From assembly GCA_946965045.2 (NCBI GenBank), contig OX337236.1, forward strand, positions 1,488,001 to 1,552,000: DNA of 64,000 bases, written 5' to 3'. Under the pieces are notes generated by a model. It was not told the DNA's origin. It worked only from the letters and a program-made list of their open reading frames with translations, and did no database searches. This DNA is from Epithemia pelagica (Eukaryota; Protista; Bacillariophyta). This document shows, one piece after another, positions 21,774 to 30,041 of this stretch. Position 1 is the stretch's first letter. Every line of letters starts with the position of its first letter. A program made the translations under genes and the position numbers.

Positions 21774-24700
21774 AGACGACTATGTAAGCGATTACATAGA
21801 CTTTGCTCTTAATCACTACTCCGACAATTCTACACCCAATCACGACACCGAAGATGATATACTAGACGAACAAGCAGAGAATACCATTCTGGACGATAGA
21901 CAAACGCAACAGCAGAGAAATTACGCAAACAATCCTTATATCGGCACAGCACCACCAGAAGAAAAAGAAGATTATGTCTTCCGAGTATACGGCGCAAATA
22001 CAAATGGCTTCAATCTCGGACGTGATGGTGCAGACTTCTCCAAATTTTGTGAAGAAATGAAGAACCTAGAAGTGGATACTTGGTGTACTTTCGAGCATAA
22101 CCTGGATACATTGAAACCAAAGGTCAGAGAAGTTTTAGACACAACGGTCAGGAAACACTTCGACTACGCAAAACTTGTTACCAGCACCTCATCAATATCT
22201 TTACACCGGAGAAGTACTTTTAAACCAGGAGGAACACTCTTGGTAACACAAGGCCACTCAAGTGGACGAGTGGTTCGACAGGGACACGACAACCTTGGAC
22301 GATTGAGCTATCAGGTCTTATCTTGTAAGAACAGTCGCTCACTGACCATTGTGTCAGCATATCAAGTGTGTCAGCAGCAGATTTTGAACAATAATCGTGT
22401 TGCAAGCAGCACGGCATCATCTCAACAGATCAGTCTTCTTCGACAACAAGGCCGTTCTGAAAACCCTCGCATGGCTTTTGTTCACGACTTGGAAAACTTC
22501 TTAGACGAAAGAATACAAGCAGGGTCGGAAATCCTTCTGCTTGGAGACTTTAACGAAACCTTGAATGAGACTATGGACGGAATGACAAGACTTTGCTCAA
22601 ATTTACAGCTCACTGATCTGATGGAACAGGTAACCAATACGGAAGGCAATTTCGGGACTCACGCTAGAGGCAATCAACGAATCGATTATGCTCTATGTAC
22701 TGAACTGGTCGCACAAAGCGCGGTTAGAGGATGTTATGAACCCTTTGGCGAACGAACTAAAGGAGATCATCGTAATATGATCATTGATTTCGACTCGAGG
22801 ATCCTGTTTGGTAATATGACACAACCTCTCGGACCTATCTCAACAAGGGAGTTTACTGCGAAGGACAGATCGGCGGTTAGAAAATACATACAGGCAAAGC
22901 ACAAATATTTGCAGGAACATAATTTCGGACATCGATTGGCTTCTCTTGAACATGAGTGGAGTGCAGAGACAATGGAGCGATTAGACGCAGACTTCCAACG
23001 CGCTGGAAGATTTGCTGCCAATCAGTGCATCAAGAAACCACGCCAGATCGCATATGTAAGAGAATTAGCTGAACTGCGGAAAAAGAAGAATGTTCTGTTG
23101 AAATTGATATCTCAATACAAACTCCATCGCTCATATGCATCGGGAATCGCTCACGCAACAAGAGAGGGCTGCACATTCACACTTCCTAACAGTCTGGAGG
23201 AATGTATTGAAGAGTGCAAAGAGACTCAACAAAAGATACGGGAGATGACACGCGATGCCGCCACGAATCGTCGGAATGAACAACAGGTTGCTTTAGAAAC
23301 TGCTCGCATTAAGGGCGATACTAAGACTACCAAAGCTATTAAGCACAGAATGGCTGCTGAGAGGACAAAAACGATGTTTAACAAAATCCGCCAGTATCGA
23401 GGAACCCAAAAGACGGGTATTACACGATTGCAAGTACCCGTTGACGCTGACAATGTGAACTACGAACACTGCACAGAGTGGCTAACGATTGATACACCGG
23501 CAGAAATTGAAAGCCGTCTACTGCAACGGAACCAAAAGCACTTTGGGCAAGCCGAGGGCACCTTTCCGACCCAACCTCCCTTCTCCGAATGGGTGGATTG
23601 GGGAGCATCGACACACACCGCTGAACTAATTCTGAACGGTACATGGCAATCTACCGAGTTGGACGATCTTCAACAGTGTCTATTGCGTCACATGGAGAAA
23701 CGAACTGAGCTTGATTTGATGAAAGACACAATTAGCGTTGACGAATGGAGTGCCAAAATTAAAGCGTGGCCTGAATCGACAACGACGTCCCCGTCCGGGT
23801 TTCATCTTTCCCACAGTAAGGCCCTGTTGGCAGCACACGACATAGAGCCAGGAACTGAAAAAGCAAGTGACATCGAACGTATGCGAAATGATCTTATTGA
23901 GTGGCAAGTTGGTCTACTCAACAATGCGATTCGACATCAATATTCTTTCGAAAGGTGGCAAAAGATAGTCAATGTTATGATCCTGAAAGAGCCGTCGAAT
24001 ATCAAGATCCACCGATTGCGCGTTATTCATTTATACGAGCAAGACTATAACTTGCTTTTGGCTGTAAAGTGGAGAAAGTTGATTCAACATGGAGCACAGC
24101 ATCAGTTACTACATGCATCTCAATTTGGTGCCGTTCCAGGTCGTGACGCCGTAATTCCAACAATGATCGAAGAGTTTCAGTACGAAATAAGTCGCGCCAG
24201 CAAGAGACCGATGGTGCACCTCGACTACGATGCAACAGCTTGCTATGACAGAATTGTCATGTCTTTTGGTGGATTAGCATCACGAAGTTTCGGACAGCAT
24301 CGTTCTGTGGTCTTTATCAATGCAACAACACTCACGGAAGCAAAGTATTATCTCAAAACTCAATTGGGAGTGTCTGAGAGATTCTATAAGCATTGTACAA
24401 TATACCCAATTTACGGCTCTGGGCAGGGCGCGGGGAATTCTCCGGCCATCTGGTGTGTGATAAGCTCGATCCTATTCGAGACCTATGAAGACAAGGCACA
24501 TGGAGCAACATTCTATTCTCCTGATCGAAAAACATCTGCCCAAGTACTCATGGTCGGTTTTGTTGATGATACCAGCGGAAGCGTCAACGATTTCCTTCTC
24601 CCGAAAGCAGCCAGTCCTGAACACTATATTCAACGCGCCTCAGCCGATGCACAACGATGGAACGACCTCCTGTCTCTTTCGGGAGGATCTCTGAATCAAA

Positions 24701-27576
24701 GAAAGTGTTCCTACCATTTCTTGTATTATCAATTCACTGTGGATGGTTTGCCCTTCTTGACAAGTGGACGATTTGGCCCCACGATTTCGATCACATTCAA
24801 TGAATCCGCATCCCCGTGTCCATTGAAACAATTGTCTGCGTATGAAAGTCACAAAACGTTGGGAGTGTACAAAGCGCCTTCTTCCACTGATAACTCCCAA
24901 TACACGGCCCTGTGCAAGAAGAATGGTGAACACGCTCGTGTTGTGGCCAGTAGTCCGTTGTCCCGCACTGATGTTTGGGCATACTATCATGCCATTTACC
25001 TACCAAGTGTAACTTACGTCTTCCCGTCATCGTCGCTATCGAAGGAACATTGTGACAAATTGCAACGTGTGTTCAAGAACGCTTTTCTACCACGCTACGG
25101 GTACAACAGACATACACCGAACGCTGTTGTTTTTGGCTCTTCAGACTTTGGAGGACTGGGATTGCGTACATTGTTCATCGAACGAGGGATTGCCCAAATC
25201 TATGGTCTACTAGCTTGTCTGCGCTCTTGTGGTGTTGCTTCCCAATTGGCTAGCATCATGCTAAGCTGGGGACAACTGTTGGCTGGAACTGGATCTCCGA
25301 TTCTGCAAGACACGATAAACGACCTCCCTCATTTGGATCCCATGTGTTGGCTACCGACTCTGCGTGCTTCTTTATCTTGTATGAACTGTACTATCGAGCT
25401 GGCTGATACGCATGTTCCTCCTGTTCAGCGGGAACATGATCTGTTTGTTATGGACAAAGCCCTTACTGTGACTCACAAACCTATTGATTTGCAGTTCATC
25501 AACGCTTGCCGACTATACCTTGGAATCACTTTTCTTAGTGACATGGTTACCCCTGCTGGAACTCAAATTTGTCAATTCGCCTTACAAGGGTATCAATCCA
25601 CGCAAACGCAACCTAAACTATTGTTTCCGTACCAAAATCGACCTGGCAGTAAAGCATGGAAAGTCTGGAAAAACTTTCTCCGAACATTGATCACACCTGG
25701 TACTACGTGCAACCTTCGTGTCTGTCTTGGACGCTGGTTAGTCACTGGTTCTGCTCTCTATCGAGAGTGGAATACTTGTCTTGTTCCAGAACGGAGTCAA
25801 GTCTTGATTCGTACGCCTAACACGGATCAGTTCACAATTTGCATTCCTACTGCCGATTACCGTGGGTTCTGTGCTACTCATTCCAGCTGTCCTCTTCTCC
25901 CCTCCACTGCACTTCCCGTATTTACTCTGCAACGCAACAACGTTCACATTTTGGCGCACTTTGCCTACGCATCTTGCTCCGACCCTACACCTAATCCTTC
26001 TGCATCTTTCCCAGACGTTATTTCCTCCTTGGAGCGTTGGGAAAGAGAACTTCTTTGTGGCGTCTCGTTTTTGTGTCCTCTCGAGCAGCTTCATGCTATT
26101 TTTACGTCACATGACTCGGCAACACAGCTGCCGTTACATCTTTGCGGAGATGGTTCCGTTAATCACTTTGTGGGCTCATTTGGTGGGTCCTGTTCCGATG
26201 ACGCAGGCTTACGATTGTTTCATATCAAGGGACCTGCACCAGGTTATCGTACAACATCGTATCGCGCGGAAAGCTACGCCTTTCTAGCTTGGTTACGCCT
26301 CATCTTTCGACTGTGTGAATTTTTCGAATGCCCGCTGCCGTCACAACTGGCAATTTACTCGGATTCGGAAAGCATGTTGAAGACGATACAGCAACGTTTA
26401 GAGTGGACCGTTGACTACCCCTACACAACAATGAGTCCCGATTGGGATCTTCACCAAGCTATCACAACCACACTGCGCCTATTCCCTAACCTGCCTCACT
26501 GTCAACATGTGAAAGGCCATCAAGACAGATTTTTTGCGTTTGACGATCTTCCTTTACCCGCGCAATTGAATGTGGAGGCAGATGAGCTTGCCTCCCAGTT
26601 TGTATACCCTCCGGATTTGCCAAGCACCATCGTTCCTCTTATCGCAGGCACGGTGGCGCAATTACATTGTGCTACTGGCACCATTACCTCCAACTATCGA
26701 GCCGTACTTCGTCGCTTATACAACGAACCTTTGATCCGCGAGCACATTTGTTCTCGGATGGAATGGTCAACTGACACCTGGAACCTGGTTGACTGGACGT
26801 CTCACTGCAGAGCCGTTCGTGCAAATTTTCCGCGACGCCATTTCTTGTCCAAATACCTCCACAATTGGCTGCCCTTGGGGCATCTAGTTTTGCGCTATGC
26901 TGATCATTACCCAGACACATGTGCCTCTTGTTCTCACCAAGCTCACGAAGATCGCGAGCATTTTCTGCGTTGTCCGGCCCGCCGGTCGTGGATTGGCCCT
27001 CTGTTCGATGACTTGAAGCAATTTTGGCAGGACCAGTCGGTTGCCCCTTCCATTGTCGATCTATTGTCCACTGCACTTCATTCTTGGCTTTCGGATACCC
27101 CTATTTCTCTCCCGTCCCTGACCCCATCATTGGCTCGTGTGGTGGCTCAACAAACTCTTATCGGTTGGGACCAACTGTTTCTTGGTCGCTTCGCTTGTTC
27201 CTGGTCTTCAGTACAAGAGGATCATCTCCGGTCTCTGGAGATTGATTCATCCAAGAGTATTTCCGGCACTGCCTTTGTCTCAGGTACCATTCAACTCTTA
27301 TTTCACCATTTGTTCCTCCTCTGGACTCGTCGCAACGAGGATGTCCATGGACGCGATTCATTGACACGCGAAGCTGCCGCTCTCGTTCTGGCTAAAAGAG
27401 AGATTCGATCCCTTTATCAACACCGTAACGCTGTTCCCACTGAGTTACAGCAGATCTTCTACACCGATCCAGATACACACTTCGACTTTCACACAACCTC
27501 TTCATCTCTTCAGTCCTGGCTTGCTACCTGGAAGCCAGTTATACTACAATCTTCATCTTCACCCAACAACGCCTAA
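21757..27576 (+). CDS. LINE ORF2: AP endonuclease, reverse transcriptase, RNase H, C-terminal CCHC
   Basis: APE: GANTNG, LLGDFNE, RIDY, GDHR. RT: DATACYDRI, GSGQG, GFVDD. RNase H: GDGS, RAES, YSDSES, HVKGHQD, NVEADELA. CCHC: CASC...HFLRC. Confidence 0.95.
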   Translation: MTPTHRDDYVSDYIDFALNHYSDNSTPNHDTEDDILDEQAENTILDDRQTQQQRNYANNPYIGTAPPEEKEDYVFRVYGANTNGFNLGRDGADFSKFCEEMKNLEVDTWCTFEHNLDTLKPKVREVLDTTVRKHFDYAKLVTSTSSISLHRRSTFKPGGTLLVTQGHSSGRVVRQGHDNLGRLSYQVLSCKNSRSLTIVSAYQVCQQQILNNNRVASSTASSQQISLLRQQGRSENPRMAFVHDLENFLDERIQAGSEILLLGDFNETLNETMDGMTRLCSNLQLTDLMEQVTNTEGNFGTHARGNQRIDYALCTELVAQSAVRGCYEPFGERTKGDHRNMIIDFDSRILFGNMTQPLGPISTREFTAKDRSAVRKYIQAKHKYLQEHNFGHRLASLEHEWSAETMERLDADFQRAGRFAANQCIKKPRQIAYVRELAELRKKKNVLLKLISQYKLHRSYASGIAHATREGCTFTLPNSLEECIEECKETQQKIREMTRDAATNRRNEQQVALETARIKGDTKTTKAIKHRMAAERTKTMFNKIRQYRGTQKTGITRLQVPVDADNVNYEHCTEWLTIDTPAEIESRLLQRNQKHFGQAEGTFPTQPPFSEWVDWGASTHTAELILNGTWQSTELDDLQQCLLRHMEKRTELDLMKDTISVDEWSAKIKAWPESTTTSPSGFHLSHSKALLAAHDIEPGTEKASDIERMRNDLIEWQVGLLNNAIRHQYSFERWQKIVNVMILKEPSNIKIHRLRVIHLYEQDYNLLLAVKWRKLIQHGAQHQLLHASQFGAVPGRDAVIPTMIEEFQYEISRASKRPMVHLDYDATACYDRIVMSFGGLASRSFGQHRSVVFINATTLTEAKYYLKTQLGVSERFYKHCTIYPIYGSGQGAGNSPAIWCVISSILFETYEDKAHGATFYSPDRKTSAQVLMVGFVDDTSGSVNDFLLPKAASPEHYIQRASADAQRWNDLLSLSGGSLNQRKCSYHFLYYQFTVDGLPFLTSGRFGPTISITFNESASPCPLKQLSAYESHKTLGVYKAPSSTDNSQYTALCKKNGEHARVVASSPLSRTDVWAYYHAIYLPSVTYVFPSSSLSKEHCDKLQRVFKNAFLPRYGYNRHTPNAVVFGSSDFGGLGLRTLFIERGIAQIYGLLACLRSCGVASQLASIMLSWGQLLAGTGSPILQDTINDLPHLDPMCWLPTLRASLSCMNCTIELADTHVPPVQREHDLFVMDKALTVTHKPIDLQFINACRLYLGITFLSDMVTPAGTQICQFALQGYQSTQTQPKLLFPYQNRPGSKAWKVWKNFLRTLITPGTTCNLRVCLGRWLVTGSALYREWNTCLVPERSQVLIRTPNTDQFTICIPTADYRGFCATHSSCPLLPSTALPVFTLQRNNVHILAHFAYASCSDPTPNPSASFPDVISSLERWERELLCGVSFLCPLEQLHAIFTSHDSATQLPLHLCGDGSVNHFVGSFGGSCSDDAGLRLFHIKGPAPGYRTTSYRAESYAFLAWLRLIFRLCEFFECPLPSQLAIYSDSESMLKTIQQRLEWTVDYPYTTMSPDWDLHQAITTTLRLFPNLPHCQHVKGHQDRFFAFDDLPLPAQLNVEADELASQFVYPPDLPSTIVPLIAGTVAQLHCATGTITSNYRAVLRRLYNEPLIREHICSRMEWSTDTWNLVDWTSHCRAVRANFPRRHFLSKYLHNWLPLGHLVLRYADHYPDTCASCSHQAHEDREHFLRCPARRSWIGPLFDDLKQFWQDQSVAPSIVDLLSTALHSWLSDTPISLPSLTPSLARVVAQQTLIGWDQLFLGRFACSWSSVQEDHLRSLEIDSSKSISGTAFVSGTIQLLFHHLFLLWTRRNEDVHGRDSLTREAAALVLAKREIRSLYQHRNAVPTELQQIFYTDPDTHFDFHTTSSSLQSWLATWKPVILQSSSSPNNA

Positions 27577-27654
27577 CTAACATTCCTACCTGGTTAGTCC
27601 TCGCCTTGTTACCAAGGCCGGGCGCGTCGGTCGACTCTACTCTGCGCGGGTGAG

Positions 27655-27720
27655 TGTATAAATCCTGCCACTACACGCTACAACACGGTGTATACGGCGT
27701 GCAGTGGCAGGATTTATACA
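27655..27720. repeat. 66-nt terminal hairpin; its first 49 nt are the left TIR
   Basis: TGTATAAATCCTGCCACT (27655-27672) pairs perfectly with AGTGGCAGGATTTATACA (27703-27720); the stem extends via ACACGC/GCGTGC with one mismatch. Confidence 0.95.
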
Positions 27721-27735
27721 GTTTATCAGACCCAA
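27721..27735 (+). other. Putative primer-binding site, half-tRNA type
   Basis: GTTTATCAGACCCAA directly follows the hairpin-terminal CA and resembles GGTTATG(G/A)GCCC-type PBSs of Drosophila copia and Ty5. Its reverse complement reads as an anticodon arm: TGGGT-CTGATAA-AC. Confidence 0.45.
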
Positions 27736-27743
27736 GCTGCAGA

Positions 27744-27814
27744 GCTGCAGTGGTATAGAGGTTAATGCTTGCTGTTGGCTCGTAAGGTCAGGGGTTCGAA
27801 TCCCCTCTGCTACA
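27744..27814 (+). ncRNA. tRNA-like element (pseudo-tRNA / Pol III type-2 promoter) in the copia leader
   Basis: A-box-like TGGTATAGAGG (27751-27761); D stem GTAT/ATGC; perfect T arm AGGGG-TTCGAAT-CCCCT (B box GGTTCGAATCC); acceptor stem 5/7 paired; anticodon arm irregular. Confidence 0.7.
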
Positions 27815-28502
27815 GCTTTAAGTTTAAGACCCTCAATTTCTGGGGGCCGCCATATTTGGGGTGTATGGCACAAGACGTTTCCCCGCTGGTATATAGAGCA
27901 TGTTCTCAAGAGAGGCCGTTTGAACCTGAGCCTTCGGGCAACACTGGATCTACCTCTTTGTTCATACGCTATGTGCTAGGTGGACGGGGGAACGAATATG
28001 TATCTTTTATCTAACTCACCAACTATGCTAGCTAAGCTATGCATCATGTGAAACTCCTTGGAGTCTTGCACTCTGCCTTTTGCCCGTACTGGCAGCGGCT
28101 GATCACCGCTTGGGAGTGTTCGCGCTAAGCTACTCGTCACGGTATGCTTGCGGCACTACTTACAGTTCACACTCGTGGTGTGTGTCCCATGGCACTCTCC
28201 CACGTGACGGGGAGCACTCGCTTAAGTGAGCGATTGTTTTGGTAATCTTTTCTCCATACATGAAAATATAGATACCTCCTTTTGCACTGTGCCGACGCAC
28301 ACGTCCTAAGTATTTGTTCTCTGCCGACTGCAGCGCAAACGCAAGTCGACACTACTTGTGCACCTTAATTCCAGGTAGAATCGCAAAATCTGCGATCTGC
28401 ATCACCTTTTGGCAATGCCTCCACACTTCTGTGTTTTTTGCCTGTGTTTTGCTCTGAACCTCTCCTGCTTCTGGCTCTCTTGCTTTCCTTTTGCCTTCCA
28501 CC

Positions 28503-30041
28503 ATGTCTTCATCCACTGCCCCTGAAAATCCCAAGGAAGATTTCAAGGCTGCCGTTAAACGCTGTGGATACAATGATGCCACCGTTACCTACATCATTGA
28601 GCAGGGTTTTGATGATGCTCAATCGTTCATGACTGTTGCGGTCCATCAAGTGCCGTCGATGTTGAAGATGATGGCGAAGACCCCTCCAGAGAACGGGGCC
28701 TTTCCCTTCAGTGCTAACCTGCAGCTCCACGGCTTCCGAATGTGGCTCGAATACCGTTCGTCTCGTGGTCAGGCTCTTAAAGTCTCACTTTTCTCTGATC
28801 CGCCCCTGATCAAGAAATGGACCAAACGTACCCAGGAACTGTTTGCACTCAACAAGGAAGTTGCCTCCGATGAACTGACCCCACCGAAAGAGTTGACTTC
28901 GTTTACTCAGTGGGAGGTGTTTAACGATGCCTTGCTCACGTTCCTCGCACAGCATCGCAATCCCACAACGGGTGTCCCTTTGACATACGTCCTTCGTGAA
29001 ACTAAGCCTGTCGGTTCTGAAGCAAGGAATGCTGCCTACGATACTATCGATGACGATTTGATTGCTACTACTATCCTGCAAGGTGATCAGTATGCCCTTG
29101 ACAATCAACGCGTCTTCACACTGATGAAACCTTTTCTCGTTGGCGGACCTGGCCTGACGTTCATCAAGCCACACCAAAAGAAGAAGGACGGCCGTGAGGC
29201 GTATCTTGCGTTGACTCGCCAAGCTACTGGAACAGCAGCTGTCACCATCCGCAAGAAAGAAGCATACGCTGCTATTGCCGACGCGAAGTTTACAGGCCGC
29301 GGTCGTTTCTCGTATCAACAATATGTTCACCGCCATCAGAAAGCTCATAATACGTTGGCTGAACTTGATGAACCCGTTGCCGAAACCAAAAAGGTAACCA
29401 ATTTCCTCAAAGGTATATCGGATCCCTCTTTGGCGGCGGGAAAGACGGTCGTCAACGGTGACGCAGCAAAGCTTTCTGATTTTGAAGCATGCCAGCAGTA
29501 TTTTGGCACGTTGATTGCTGCATCCCGTACCGACAAGACCAATGACGAGAATCGAAAGATTGCTGGTGTGGGTACGACTAAGACTAGTGGAAAGAAGAAT
29601 GGTCGTAACAAGCAGAATAAAAAGAAGACACGTCATTACAGTTTGGATGAATGGCGCAAGCTCTCTGATGAAGAGAAGGCCGAAATCCTCCGTGCCCGTA
29701 AAGAACAGAAAGACGCTAATGGAAAGCGCAAGGCCGGAGCCGTGCGAACTGAAGATGAAAATGGCTCTCGCAAGTTGAGTAAAACTGAAACTCCAAAGTC
29801 TGATGACATGAAATTGGAGACCACTGACCTGGATGGCGACGACGCGCCGAACCATTCCGAGCCTGATCCTCCTGTTGCTGATGAACCGACTGTTCCCAAA
29901 ACCTCAGCCGGAAACAGTTTCGGACGCTTTGCCCATAGTAAAAAAGGATCTACAAAGCCGCACAACCCTGATGAAACCAAGGAGCCTACAACTGCCGTTG
30001 CGAAAGCTGCCCTTGCTGATAAGGCCACAAAGCAGACCTGA
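28503..30041 (+). CDS. gag: Copia Gag (diatom CoDi type)
   Basis: ATG at 28503; GVPLTYVLRE, DNQRVFTL, DGREAYLAL, KVTNFLKGISDP resemble copia gag; ends in TGA in frame with pol. Confidence 0.85.
   Translation: MSSSTAPENPKEDFKAAVKRCGYNDATVTYIIEQGFDDAQSFMTVAVHQVPSMLKMMAKTPPENGAFPFSANLQLHGFRMWLEYRSSRGQALKVSLFSDPPLIKKWTKRTQELFALNKEVASDELTPPKELTSFTQWEVFNDALLTFLAQHRNPTTGVPLTYVLRETKPVGSEARNAAYDTIDDDLIATTILQGDQYALDNQRVFTLMKPFLVGGPGLTFIKPHQKKKDGREAYLALTRQATGTAAVTIRKKEAYAAIADAKFTGRGRFSYQQYVHRHQKAHNTLAELDEPVAETKKVTNFLKGISDPSLAAGKTVVNGDAAKLSDFEACQQYFGTLIAASRTDKTNDENRKIAGVGTTKTSGKKNGRNKQNKKKTRHYSLDEWRKLSDEEKAEILRARKEQKDANGKRKAGAVRTEDENGSRKLSKTETPKSDDMKLETTDLDGDDAPNHSEPDPPVADEPTVPKTSAGNSFGRFAHSKKGSTKPHNPDETKEPTTAVAKAALADKATKQT

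Noticed and set aside
27744-27814. Functional cytosolic tRNA gene
   Set aside because: Two acceptor-stem mismatches, an anticodon arm one nucleotide short with no purine at 37, and no adjacent T4 terminator. Kept only as tRNA-like.
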